Both the position numbers and the translations under genes were made by a program. 64,000 nt of DNA, taken from Eledone cirrhosa (taxonomy: Eukaryota). Where the stretch lies: the NCBI GenBank assembly GCA_964016885.1, contig OZ024740.1:228594001-228658000 (forward strand). Direction: 5' to 3'. This document shows, in pieces, positions 27,030 through 41,289 of the stretch. Under the pieces are notes generated by a model. That model saw only the letters and a program-made list of their open reading frames with translations, was not told the DNA's origin and ran no database searches. Numbering within the stretch: position 1 is the first letter of the stretch; each line of letters begins with the position of its first letter.

Positions 27030-30000
27030 TACAATAGTCATTTTAGTCATTGAACACAATTACAGTGTACAATAGTCATTTTAGTCATTGAACACAATTA
27101 CAGTGTACAATAGTCATTTTAGTCATTGAACACAATTACAGTGTACAATAGTCATTTTAGTCATTGAACACAATTACAGTGTACAATAGTCATTTTAGTC
27201 ATTGAACACAATTACAGTGTACAATAGTCATTTTAGTCATTGTACACAATTACAGTGTACAATAGTCATTTTAGTCATTGTACACAATTACAGTGTACAA
27301 TAGTCATTTTAGTCATTGAACACAATTACAGTGTACAATAGTCATTTTAGTCATTGAACACAATTACAGTGTACAATAGTCATTTTAGTCATCGTACACA
27401 ATTACAGTGTACAATAGTCATTTTAGTCATTGAACACAATTACAGTGTACAATAGTCATTTTAGTCATTGAACACAACTACAGTGTACAATAGTCATTTT
27501 AGTCATTGAACACAATTACAGTGTACAATAGTCATTTTAGTCATTGAACACAATTACAGTGTACAAGAGTCATTTTAGTCATTGAACACAATTACATTGT
27601 ACAATAGTCATGTTAGTCATTGTACACAATTACAGTGTACAATAGTCATTTCAATCATTGAACACAATTACAGTGTACAATAGTCATTTTAGTCATTGTA
27701 CACAATTACAGTGTACAATAGTCATTTTAGTCATTGAACACAATTACAGTGTACAATAGTTATATTAGTCATTGAACACAATTACAGTGTACAACAGTCA
27801 TTTTAGTCATTGAACACGATTACAGTGTACAAGAGTCATTTTAGTCATTGAACACAATTACATTGTACAACAGTAATGTTAGTCATTGTACACAATTACA
27901 GTGTACAATAGTCATTTTAGTCATTGAACACAATTACAGTGTACAACAGTCATTTTAGTCATTGAACACAATTACAGTGTACAATAGGCATTTTAGTCAT
28001 TGTACACAATTACAGTTTACAATAATCAGTTTATTCATTGAACACAATTACAGTGTACAATAGTCATTTTAGTCATTGAACACAATTACAGTGTACAATA
28101 GTCATTTTAGTCATTGTACACAATTACAGTGTACAATAAACAGTTTATTCATTGAACACAATTACAGTGTACAATAGTCATTTTAGTCATTGAACACAAT
28201 TACAGTGTACAATAGTCATTTTAGTCATTGAACACAATTACAGTGTACAATAGTCATTTTAGTCATTGAACACAATTACAGTGTACAAGAGTCATTTTAG
28301 TTATTGAACACAATTACAGTGTACAACAGTCATTTTAGTCATTGAACACAATTACAGTGTACAATAGTCATTTTAGTCATTGAACACAATTACAGTGTAC
28401 AACAGTCATTTTAGTCATTGAACACAATTACAGTGTACAATAGTCATTTTAGTCATTGAACACAATTACAGTGTACAACAGTCATTTTAGTCATTGAACA
28501 CAATTACAGTGTACAATAGTCATTTTAGTCATTGAACACAAATTACAGTGTACAACGGTCATTTTAGTCATTGAACACAATTACAGTGTACAACGGTCAT
28601 TTTAGTCATTGAACACAATTACAGTGTACAACGGTCATTTTAGTCATTGAACACAATTACAGTGTACAACGGTCATTTTAGTCATTGAACACAATTACAG
28701 TGTACAACGGTCATTTTAGTCATTGAACACAATTACAGTGTACAACAGTCATTTTAGTCATTGAACACAATTACAGTGTACAACGGTCATTTTAGTCATT
28801 GAACACAATTACAGTGTACAACAGTCATTTTAGTCATTGAACACAATTACAGTGTACAACAGTCATTTTAGTCATTGAACACAATTACAGTGTACAATAG
28901 TCATTTTAGTCATTGAACACAATTACAGTGTAGAACAGTCATTTTAGTCATTGAACACAATTACAGTGTACAATAGTCATTTTAGTCATTGAACACAAAT
29001 TACAGTGTACGATAGTCATTTTAGTCATTGAACACAATTACAGTGTACAATAGTCATTTTAGTCATTGAACACAATTACAGTGTACAACAGTCATTTTAG
29101 TCATTGTACACAATTACAGTGTACAATAGTCATTTTAGTCATTGTACACAATTACAGTGTACAATAGTCATTTAGTCATTGAACACAATTACAGTGTACA
29201 ATAGTCATTTTAGTCATTGAACACTATTACAGTGTACAATAGTCATTTTAGTCATTGAACACAATTACAGTGTACAATAGTCATTTTAGTCATTGAACAC
29301 AATTACAGTGTACAATAGTCATTTTAGTCATTGAACACAATTACAGTGTACAACAGTCATTTTAGTCATTGTACACAATTACAGTGTACAATAGTCATTT
29401 TAGTCATTGTACACAATTACAGTGTACAATAGTCATTTTAGTCATTGAACACAATTACAGTGTACAATAGTCATTTTAGTCATTGAACACAATTACAGTG
29501 TACAATAGTCATTTTAGTCATTGAACACAATTACAGTGTACAATAGTCATTTTAGTCATTGAACACAATTACAGTGTACAATAGTCATTTTAGTCATTGA
29601 ACACAATTACAGTGTACAATAGTCATTTTAGTCATTGTACACAATTACAGTGTACAATAGTCATTTTAGTCATTGTACACAATTACAGTGTACAATAGTC
29701 ATTTTAGTCATTGAACACAATTACAGTGTACAATAGTCATTTTAGTCATTGAACACAATTACAGTGTACAATAGTCATTTTAGTCATCGTACACAATTAC
29801 AGTGTACAATAGTCATTTTAGTCATTGAACACAATTACAGTGTACAATAGTCATTTTAGTCATTGAACACAACTACAGTGTACAATAGTCATTTTAGTCA
29901 TTGAACACAATTACAGTGTACAATAGTCATTTTAGTCATTGAACACAATTACAGTGTACAAGAGTCATTTTAGTCATTGAACACAATTACATTGTACAAT

Positions 30001-31890
30001 AGTCATGTTAGTCATTGTACACAATTACAGTGTACAATAGTCATTTCAATCATTGAACACAATTACAGTGTACAATAGTCATTTTAGTCATTGTACACAA
30101 TTACAGTGTACAATAGTCATTTTAGTCATTGAACACAATTACAGTGTACAATAGTTATATTAGTCATTGAACACAATTACAGTGTACAACAGTCATTTTA
30201 GTCATTGAACACGATTACAGTGTACAAGAGTCATTTTAGTCATTGAACACAATTACATTGTACAACAGTAATGTTAGTCATTGTACACAATTACAGTGTA
30301 CAATAGTCATTTTAGTCATTGAACACAATTACAGTGTACAACAGTCATTTTAGTCATTGAACACAATTACAGTGTACAATAGGCATTTTAGTCATTGTAC
30401 ACAATTACAGTTTACAATAATCAGTTTATTCATTGAACACAATTACAGTGTACAATAGTCATTTTAGTCATTGAACACAATTACAGTGTACAATAGTCAT
30501 TTTAGTCATTGTACACAATTACAGTGTACAATAAACAGTTTATTCATTGAACACAATTACAGTGTACAATAGTCATTTTAGTCATTGAACACAATTACAG
30601 TGTACAATAGTCATTTTAGTCATTGAACACAATTACAGTGTATAATAGTCATTTTAGTCATTGAACACAATTACAGTGTACAAGAGTCATTTTAGTTATT
30701 GAACACAATTACAGTGTACAACAGTCATTTTAGTCATTGAACACAATTACAGTGTACAATAGTCATTTTAGTCATTGAACACAATTACAGTGTACAACAG
30801 TCATTTTAGTCATTGAACACAATTACAGTGTACAATAGTCATTTTAGTCATTGAACACAATTACAGTGTACAACAGTCATTTTAGTCATTGAACACAATT
30901 ACAGTGTACAATAGTCATTTTAGTCATTGAACACAAATTACAGTGTACAACGGTCATTTTAGTCATTGAACACAATTACAGTGTACAACGGTCATTTTAG
31001 TCATTGAACACAATTACAGTGTACAACGGTCATTTTAGTCATTGAACACAATTACAGTGTACAACAGTCATTTTAGTCATTGAACACAATTACAGTGTAC
31101 AACGGTCATTTTAGTCATTGAACACAATTACAGTGTACAACGGTCATTTTAGTCATTGAACACAATTACAGTGTACAACGGTCATTTTAGTCATTGAACA
31201 CAATTACAGTGTACAACAGTCATTTTAGTCATTGAACACAATTACAATGTACAACGGTCATTTTAGTCATTGAACACAATTACAGTGTACAACAGTCATT
31301 TTAGTCATTGAACACAATTACAGTGTACAACAGTCATTTTAGTCATTGAACACAATTACAGTGTACAATAGTCATTTTAGTCATTGAACACAATTACAGT
31401 GTAGAACAGTCATTTTAGTCATTGAACACAATTACAGTGTACAATAGTCATTTTAGTCATTGAACACAAATTACAGTGTACGATAGTCATTTTAGTCATT
31501 GAACACAATTACAGTGTACAATAGTCATTTTAGTCATTGAACACAATTACAGTGTACAACAGTCATTTTAGTCATTGTACACAATTACAGTGTACAATAG
31601 TCATTTTAGTCATTGTACACAATTACAGTGTACAATAGTCATTTAGTCATTGAACACAATTACAGTGTACAATAGTCATTTTAGTCATTGAACACTATTA
31701 CAGTGTACAATAGTCATTTTAGTCATTGAACACAATTACAGTGTACAATAGTCATTTTAGTCATTGAACACAATTACAGTGTACAATAGTCATTTTAGTC
31801 ATTGAACACAATTACAGTGTACAACAGTCATTTTAGTCATTGTACACAATTACAGTGTACAATAGTCATTTTAGTCATTGTACACAATTA
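27030..31890 (+). repeat. ~2.4-kb higher-order tandem duplication
   Basis: The AATAGGC monomer lies at 27983 and 30378 (offset 2395 = 63 monomers + 1), and TTTCAATC at about 27649 and 30044. The offset becomes 2471 (TAGAAC at 28931/31402) after two extra monomers in the AACGG/AACAG run. Confidence 0.85.
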
Positions 31891-34800
31891 CAGTGTACAA
31901 TAGTCATTTAGTCATTGAACACAATTACAGTGTACAATAGTCATTTTAGTCATTGAACACTATTACAGTGTACAATAGTCATTTTAGTCATTGAACACAA
32001 TTACAGTGTACAATAGTCATTTTAGTCATTGGACACAATTACAGTGTACAATAGTCATTTTAGTCATTGTACACAATTACAGTGTACAATAGTCATTTTA
32101 GTCATTGTACACAATTACAGTGTACAATAGTCATTTTAGTCATAGAACACAATTACAGTGTACAATAGTCATTTTAGTCATTGAACACAATTACAGTGTA
32201 CAATAGTCATTTTAGTCATCGTACACAATTACAGTGTACAATAGTCATTTTAGTCATTGAACACAATTACAGTGTACAATAGTCATTTTAGTCATTGAAC
32301 ACAATTACAGTGTACAATAGTCATTTTAGTTATTGAACACAATTACAGTGTACAATAGTCATTTTAGTTATTGAACACAATTACAGTGTACGATAGTCAT
32401 TTTAGTCATTGAACACAATTACAGTGTACGATAGTCATTTTAGTCATTGAACACAATTACAGTGTACGATAGTCATTTTAGTCATTGTACACAATTACAG
32501 TGTACAATAGTCATTTTAGTCATTGAACACAATTACAGTGTACAATAGTCATTTTAGTCATTGAACACAATTACAGTGTACAATAGTCATTTTAGTCATT
32601 GAACACAATTACAGTGTACAATAGTCATTTTAGTCATTGAACACAATTACAGTGTACAATAGTCATTTTAGTCATTGAACACAATTACGGTGTACAACAG
32701 TCATTTTAGTCATTGAACACAATTACAGTGTACAAGAGTCATTTTAGTCATTGAACACAATTACAGTGTACAATAGTCATGTTAGTCATTGTACACAATT
32801 ACAGTGTACAATAGTCATTTTAGTCATTGAACACAATTACAGTGTACAATAGTCATTTTAGTCATTGTACACAATTACAGTGTACAATAGTCATTTTAGT
32901 CATTGAACACAATTACAGTGTACAATAGTTATATTAGTCATTGAACACAATTACAGTGTACAACAGTCATTTTAGTCATTGAACACGATTACAGTGTACA
33001 AGAGTCATTTTAGTCATTGAACACAATTACATTGTACAACAGTCATGTTAGTCATTGTACACAATTACAGTGTACAATAGTCATTTTAGTCATTGAACAC
33101 AATTACAGTGTACAACAGTCATTTTAGTCATTGAACACAATTACAGTGTACAATAGGCATTTTAGTCATTGTACACAATTACAGTTTACAATAATCAGTT
33201 TATTCATTGAACACAATTACAGTGTACAATAGTCATTTTAGTCATTGAACACAATTACAGTGTACAATAGTCATTTTAGTCATTGTACACAATTACAGTG
33301 TACAATAAACAGTTTATTCATTGAACACAATTACAGTGTACAATAGTCATTTTAGTCATTGAACACAATTACAGTGTACAATAGTCATTTTAGTCATTGA
33401 ACACAATTACAGTGTACAATAGTCATTTTAGTCATTGAACACAATTACAGTGTACAATAGTCATTTTAGTCATTGAACACAATTACAGTGTACAAGAGTC
33501 ATTTTAGTTATTGAACACAATTACAGTGTACAACAGTCATTTTAGTCATTGAACACAATTACAGTGTACAATAGTCATTTTAGTCATTGAACACAATTAC
33601 AGTGTACAACAGTCATTTTAGTCATTGAACACAATTACAGTGTACAATAGTCATTTTAGTCATTGAACACAATTACAGTGTACAACAGTCATTTTAGTCA
33701 TTGAACACAATTACAGTGTACAATAGTCATTTTAGTCATTGAACACAAATTACAGTGTACAACGGTCATTTTAGTCATTGAACACAATTACAGTGTACAA
33801 CGGTCATTTTAGTCATTGAACACAATTACAGTGTACAACGGTCATTTTAGTCATTGAACACAATTACAGTGTACAACAGTCATTTTAGTCATTGAACACA
33901 ATTACAGTGTACAACGGTCATTTTAGTCATTGAACACAATTACAGTGTACAACGGTCATTTTAGTCATTGAACACAATTACAGTGTACAACGGTCATTTT
34001 AGTCATTGAACACAATTACAGTGTACAACAGTCATTTTAGTCATTGAACACAATTACAGTGTACAACGGTCATTTTAGTCATTGAACACAATTACAGTGT
34101 ACAACAGTCATTTTAGTCATTGAACACAATTACAGTGTACAACAGTCATTTTAGTCATTGAACACAATTACAGTGTACAATAGTCATTTTAGTCATTGAA
34201 CACAATTACAGTGTACAATAGTCATTTTAGTCATTGAACACAATTACAGTGTACAATAGTCATTTTAGTCATTGAACACAATTACAGTGTAGAACAGTCA
34301 TTTTAGTCATTGAACACAATTACAGTGTACAATAGTCATTTTAGTCATTGAACATAAATTACAGTGTACGATAGTCATTTTAGTCATTGAACACAATTAC
34401 AGTGTACAATAGTCATTTTAGTCATTGAACACAATTACAGTGTACAACAGTCATTTTAGTCATTGTACACAATTACAGTGTACAATAGTCATTTTAGTCA
34501 TTGTACACAATTACAGTGTACAATAGTCATTTAGTCATTGAACACAATTACAGTGTACAATAGTCATTTTAGTCATTGAACACTATTACAGTGTACAATA
34601 GTCATTTTAGTCATTGAACACAATTACAGTGTACAATAGTCATTTTAGTCATTGAACACAATTACAGTGTACAATAGTCATTTTAGTCATCGTACACAAT
34701 TACAGTGTACAATAGTCATTTTAGTCATTGAACACAATTACAGTGTACAATAGTCATTTTAGTCATTGAACACAATTACAGTGTACAATAGTCATTTTAG

Positions 34801-37800
34801 TTATTGAACACAATTACAGTGTACGATAGTCATTTTAGTTATTGAACACAATTACAGTGTACGATAGTCATTTTAGTCATTGAACACAATTACAGTGTAC
34901 GATAGTCATTTTAGTCATTGAAGAAAATTACAGTGTACGATAGTCATTTTAGTCATTGTACACAATTACAGTGTACAATAGTCATTTTAGTCATTGAACA
35001 CAATTACAGTGTACAATAGTCATTTTAGTCATTGAACACAATTACAGTGTACAATAGTCATTTTAGTCATTGAACACAATTACAGTGTACAATAGTCATT
35101 TTAGTCATTGAACACAATTACAGTGTACAACGGTCATTTTAGTCATTGAACACAATTACAGTGTACAACGGTCATTTTAGTCATTGAACACAATTACAGT
35201 GTACAACGGTCATTTTAGTCATTGAACACAATTACAGTGTACAACAGTCATTTTAGTCATTGAACACAATTACAGTGTACAACGGTCATTTTAGTCATTG
35301 AACACAATTACAGTGTACAACAGTCATTTTAGTCATTGAACACAATTACAGTGTACAACAGTCATTTTAGTCATTGAACACAATTACAGTGTACAATAGT
35401 CATTTTAGTCATTGAACACAATTACAGTGTACAATAGTCATTTTAGTCATTGAACACAATTACAGTGTACAATAGTCATTTTAGTCATTGAACACAATTA
35501 CAGTGTAGAACAGTCATTTTAGTCATTGAACACAATTACAGTGTACAATAGTCATTTTAGTCATTGAACATAAATTACAGTGTACGATAGTCATTTTAGT
35601 CATTGAACACAATTACAGTGTACAATAGTCATTTTAGTCATTGAACACAATTACAGTGTACAACAGTCATTTTAGTCATTGTACACAATTACAGTGTACA
35701 ATAGTCATTTTAGTCATTGTACACAATTACAGTGTACAATAGTCATTTAGTCATTGAACACAATTACAGTGTACAATAGTCATTTTAGTCATTGAACACT
35801 ATTACAGTGTACAATAGTCATTTTAGTCATTGAACACAATTACAGTGTACAATAGTCATTTTAGTCATTGAACACAATTACAGTGTACAATAGTCATTTT
35901 AGTCATTGAACACAATTACAGTGTACAACAGTCATTTTAGTCATTGTACACAATTACAGTGTACAATAGTCATTTTAGTCATTGTACACAATTACAGTGT
36001 ACAATAGTCATTTAGTCATTGAACACAATTACAGTGTACAATAGTCATTTTAGTCATTGAACACTATTACAGTGTACAATAGTCATTTTAGTCATTGAAC
36101 ACAATTACAGTGTACAATAGTCATTTTAGTCATTGAACACAATTACAGTGTACAATAGTCATTTTAGTCATTGGACACAATTACACTGTACAATAGTCAT
36201 TTTAGTCATTGTACACAATTACAGTGTACAATAGTCATTTTAGTCATAGAACACAATTACAGTGTACAATAGTCATTTTAGTCATTGAACACAATTACAG
36301 TGTACAATAGTCATTTTAGTCATCGTACACAATTACAGTGTACAATAGTCATTTTAGTCATTGAACACAATTACAGTGTACAATAGTCATTTTAGTCATT
36401 GAACACAATTACAGTGTACAATAGTCATTTTAGTTATTGAACACAATTACAGTGTACGATAGTCATTTTAGTTATTGAACACAATTACAGTGTACGATAG
36501 TCATTTTAGTCATTGAACACAATTACAGTGTACGATAGTCATTTTAGTCATTGAAGAAAATTACAGTGTACGATAGTCATTTTAGTCATTGTACACAATT
36601 ACAGTGTACAATAGTCATTTTAGTCATTGAACACAATTACAGTGTACAATAGTCATTTTAGTCATTGAACACAATTACAGTGTACAATAGTCATTTTAGT
36701 CATTGAACACAATTACAGTGTACAATAGTCATTTTAGTCATTGAACACAATTACAGTGTACAATAGTCATTTTAGTCATTGAACACAATTACGGTGTACA
36801 ACAGTCATTTTAGTCATTGAACACAATTACAGTGTACAAGAGTCATTTTAGTCATTGAACACAATTACAGTGTACAATAGTCATGTTAGTCATTGTACAC
36901 AATTACAGTGTACAATAGTCATTTTAGTCATTGAACACAATTACAGTGTACAATAGTCATTTTAGTCATTGTACACAATTACAGTGTACAATAGTCATTT
37001 TAGTCATTGTACACAATTACAGTGTACAATAGTCATTTTATTCATTGAACACAATTACAGTGTACAATAATCATTTTAGTCATTGAACACAATTACAGTG
37101 TACAATAGTCATTTTAGTCATTGAACACAATTACAGTGTACAATAGTCATTTTAGTCATTGTACACAATTACAGTGTACAAGAGTCATTTTAGTTATTGA
37201 ACACAATTACAGTGTACAAGAGTCATTTTAGTCATTGTACACAATTACAGTGTACAATAGTCATTTTAGTCATTGTACACAATTACAGTGTACAAGAGTC
37301 ATTTTAGTTATTGAACACAATTACAGTGTACTATAGTCATTTTAGTCATTGTACACAATTACACTGTACAAGAGTCATTTTAGTTATTGAACACAATTAC
37401 AGTGTACAATAGTCATTTTAGTCATTGAACACAATTACATTGTACAATAGTCATTTTAGTCATTGAACACAATTACAGTGTACAATAGTCATTTTAGTCA
37501 TTGAACACAATTACAGTGTACAAGAGTCATTTTAGTCATTGAACACAATTACAGTGTACAATAGTCATGTTTGTCAATGTACACAATTACAGTGTACAAT
37601 ACTCATTTTAGTCATTGAACACAATTACAGTGTACAATAGTCATTTTAGTCATTGAACACAATTACAGTGTACAATAGTTATTTTAGTTATTGAACACAA
37701 TTACAGTGTACAATAGTCATTTTAGTCATTGAACACAATTACAGTGTACAATAGTCATTTTAGTCATTGAACACAATTACAGTGTACAATAGTCATTTTA

Positions 37801-40800
37801 GTCATTGAACACAATTACAGTGTACAACAGTCATTTTAGTCATTGAACACAATTACAGTGTACAACAGTCATTTTAGTCATTGAACACAATTACAGTGTA
37901 CAACAGTCATTTTAGTCATTGAACACAATTACAGTGTACAATATTCATTTTAGTCATTGAACACAATTACAGTGTACAATAGTCATTTTAGTCATTGTAC
38001 ACAATTACAGTGTACAATAGTCATTTTAGTCATTGAACATAATTACAGTGTACAATAGTCATTTTAGTCATTGAACACAATTACAGTGTACAATAGTCAT
38101 TTTAGTCATTGAACACAATTACAGTGTACAATAGTCATTTTAGTCATTGAACACAATTACAGTGTACAATAGTCATTTTAGTCATTGAACACAATTACAG
38201 TGTACAATAGTCATTTTAGTCATTGAACACAATTACAGTGTATAATAGTCATTTTAGTCATTGAACACAATTATAGCGTACAATAGTCATTTTAGTTATT
38301 GAACACAATTAGAGTGTACAATAGTCATTTTAGTCATTGAACACAATTACAGTGTACAATAGTCATTTTAGTCATTGAACACAATTACAGTGTACAATAG
38401 TCATTTTAGTCATTGAACACAATTACAGTGTACAATAGTCATTTTAGTCATTGAACACAATTACGGTGTACAGCAGTCATTTTAGTCATTGAACACAATT
38501 ACAGTGTACAAGAGTCATTTTAGTCATTGAACACAATTACAGTGTACAATAGTCATGTTAGTCATTGTACACAATTACAGTGTACAATAGTCATTTTAGT
38601 CATTGAACACAATTACAGTGTACAATAGTCATTTTAGTCATTGTACACAATTACAGTGTACAATAGTCATTTTAGTCATTGAACACAATTACAGTGTACA
38701 ATAGTTATATTAGTCATTGAACACAATTACAGTGTACAACAGTCATTTTAGTCATTGAACACGATTACAGTGTACAAGAGTCATTTTAGTCATTGAACAC
38801 AATTACATTGTACAACAGTCATGTTAGTCATTGTACACAATTACAGTGTACAATAGTCATTTTAGTCATTGAACACAATTACAGTGTACAACAGTCATTT
38901 TAGTCATTGAACACAATTACAGTGTACAATAGGCATTTTAGTCATTGTACACAATTACAGTTTACAATAATCAGTTTATTCATTGAACACAATTACAGTG
39001 TACAATAGTCATTTTAGTCATTGTACACAATTACAGTGTACAATAAACAGTTTATTCATTGAACACAATTACAGTGTACAATAGTCATTTTAGTCATTGA
39101 ACACAATTACAGTGTACAATAGTCATTTTAGTCATTGAACACAATTACAGTGTACAATAGTCATTTTAGTCATTGAACACAATTACAGTGTACAATAGTC
39201 ATTTTAGTCATTGAACACAATTACAGTGTACAAGAGTCATTTTAGTTATTGAACACAATTACAGTGTACAACAGTCATTTTAGTCATTGAACACAATTAC
39301 AGTGTACAATAGTCATTTTAGTCATTGAACACAATTACAGTGTACAACAGTCATTTTAGTCATTGAACACAATTACAGTGTACAATAGTCATTTTAGTCA
39401 TTGAACACAATTACAGTGTACAATAGTTATTTTAGTTATTGAACACAATTACAGTGTACAACAGTCATTTTAGTCATTGAACACAATTACAGTGTACAAC
39501 AGTCATATTAGTCATTGAACACAATTACAGTGTACAACAGTCATTTTAGTCATTGAACACAATTACAGTGTACAATAGTCATTTTAGTCATTGAACACAA
39601 TTACAGTGTACAATAGTCATTTTAGTCATTGAACACAATTACAGTGTACAATAGTCATTTTAGTCATTGAACACAATTACAGTGTACAACAGTCATTTTA
39701 GTCATTGAACACAATTACAGTGTACAACAGTCATTTTAGTCATTGAACACAATTACAGTGTACAACAGTCATTTTAGTCATTGAACACAATTACAGTGTA
39801 CAATATTCATTTTAGTCATTGAACACAATTACAGTGTACAATAGTCATTTTAGTCATTGTACACAATTACAGTGTACAATAGTCATTTTAGTCATTGAAC
39901 ATAATTACAGTGTACAATAGTCATTTTAGTCATTGAACACAATTACAGTGTACAATAGTCATTTTAGTCATTGAACACAATTACAGTGTACAATAGTCAT
40001 TTTAGTCATTGAACACAATTACAGTGTACAATAGTCATTTTAGTAATTGAACACAATTACAGTGTACAATAGTCATTTTAGTCATTGAACACAATTACAG
40101 TGTACAATAGTCATTTTAGTCATTGAACACAATTACAGTGTATAATAGTCATTTTAGTCATTGAACACAATTATAGCGTACAATAGTCATTTTAGTTATT
40201 GAACACAATTAGAGTGTACAATAGTCATTTTAGTCATTGAACACAATTACAGTGTACAATAGTCATTTTAGTCATTGAACACAATTACAGTGTACAATAG
40301 TCATTTTAGTCATTGAACACAATTACAGTGTACAATAGTCATTTTAGTCATTGAACACAATTACGGTGTACAACAGTCATTTTAGTCATTGAACACAATT
40401 ACAGTGTACAAGAGTCATTTTAGTCATTGAACATAATTACAGTGTACAATAGTCATGTTAGTCATTGTACACAATTACAGTGTACAATAGTCATTTTAGT
40501 CATTGAACACAATTACAGTGTACAATAGTCATTTTAGTCATTGTACACAATTACAGTGTACAATAGTCATTTTAGTCATTGAACACAATTACAGTGTACA
40601 ATAGTTATATTAGTCATTGAACACAATTACAGTGTACAACAGTCATTTTAGTCATTGAACACGATTACAGTGTACAAGAGTCATTTTAGTCATTGAACAC
40701 AATTACATTGTACAACAGTCATGTTAGTCATTGTACACAATTACAGTGTACAATAGTCATTTTAGTCATTGAACACAATTACAGTGTACAACAGTCATTT

Positions 40801-41289
40801 TAGTCATTGAACACAATTACAGTGTACAATAGGCATTTTAGTCATTGTACACAATTACAGTTTACAATAATCAGTTTATTCATTGAACACAATTACAGTG
40901 TACAATAGTCATTTTAGTCATTGAACACAATTACAGTGTACAATAGTCATTTTAGTGATTGTACACAATTACAGTGTACAATAAACAGTTTATTAATTGA
41001 ACACAATTACAGTGTACAATAGTCATTTTAGTCATTGAACACAATTACAGTGTACAATAGTCATTTTAGTCATTGAACACAATTACAGTGTACAATAGTC
41101 ATTTTAGTCATTGAACACAATTACAGTGTACAAGAGTCATTTTAGTTATTGAACACAATTACAGTGTACAACAGTCATTTTAGTCATTGAACACAATTAC
41201 AGTGTACAATAGTCATTTTAGTCATTGAACACAATTACAGTGTACAACAGTCATTTTAGTCATTGAACACAATTACAGTGTACAATAGT

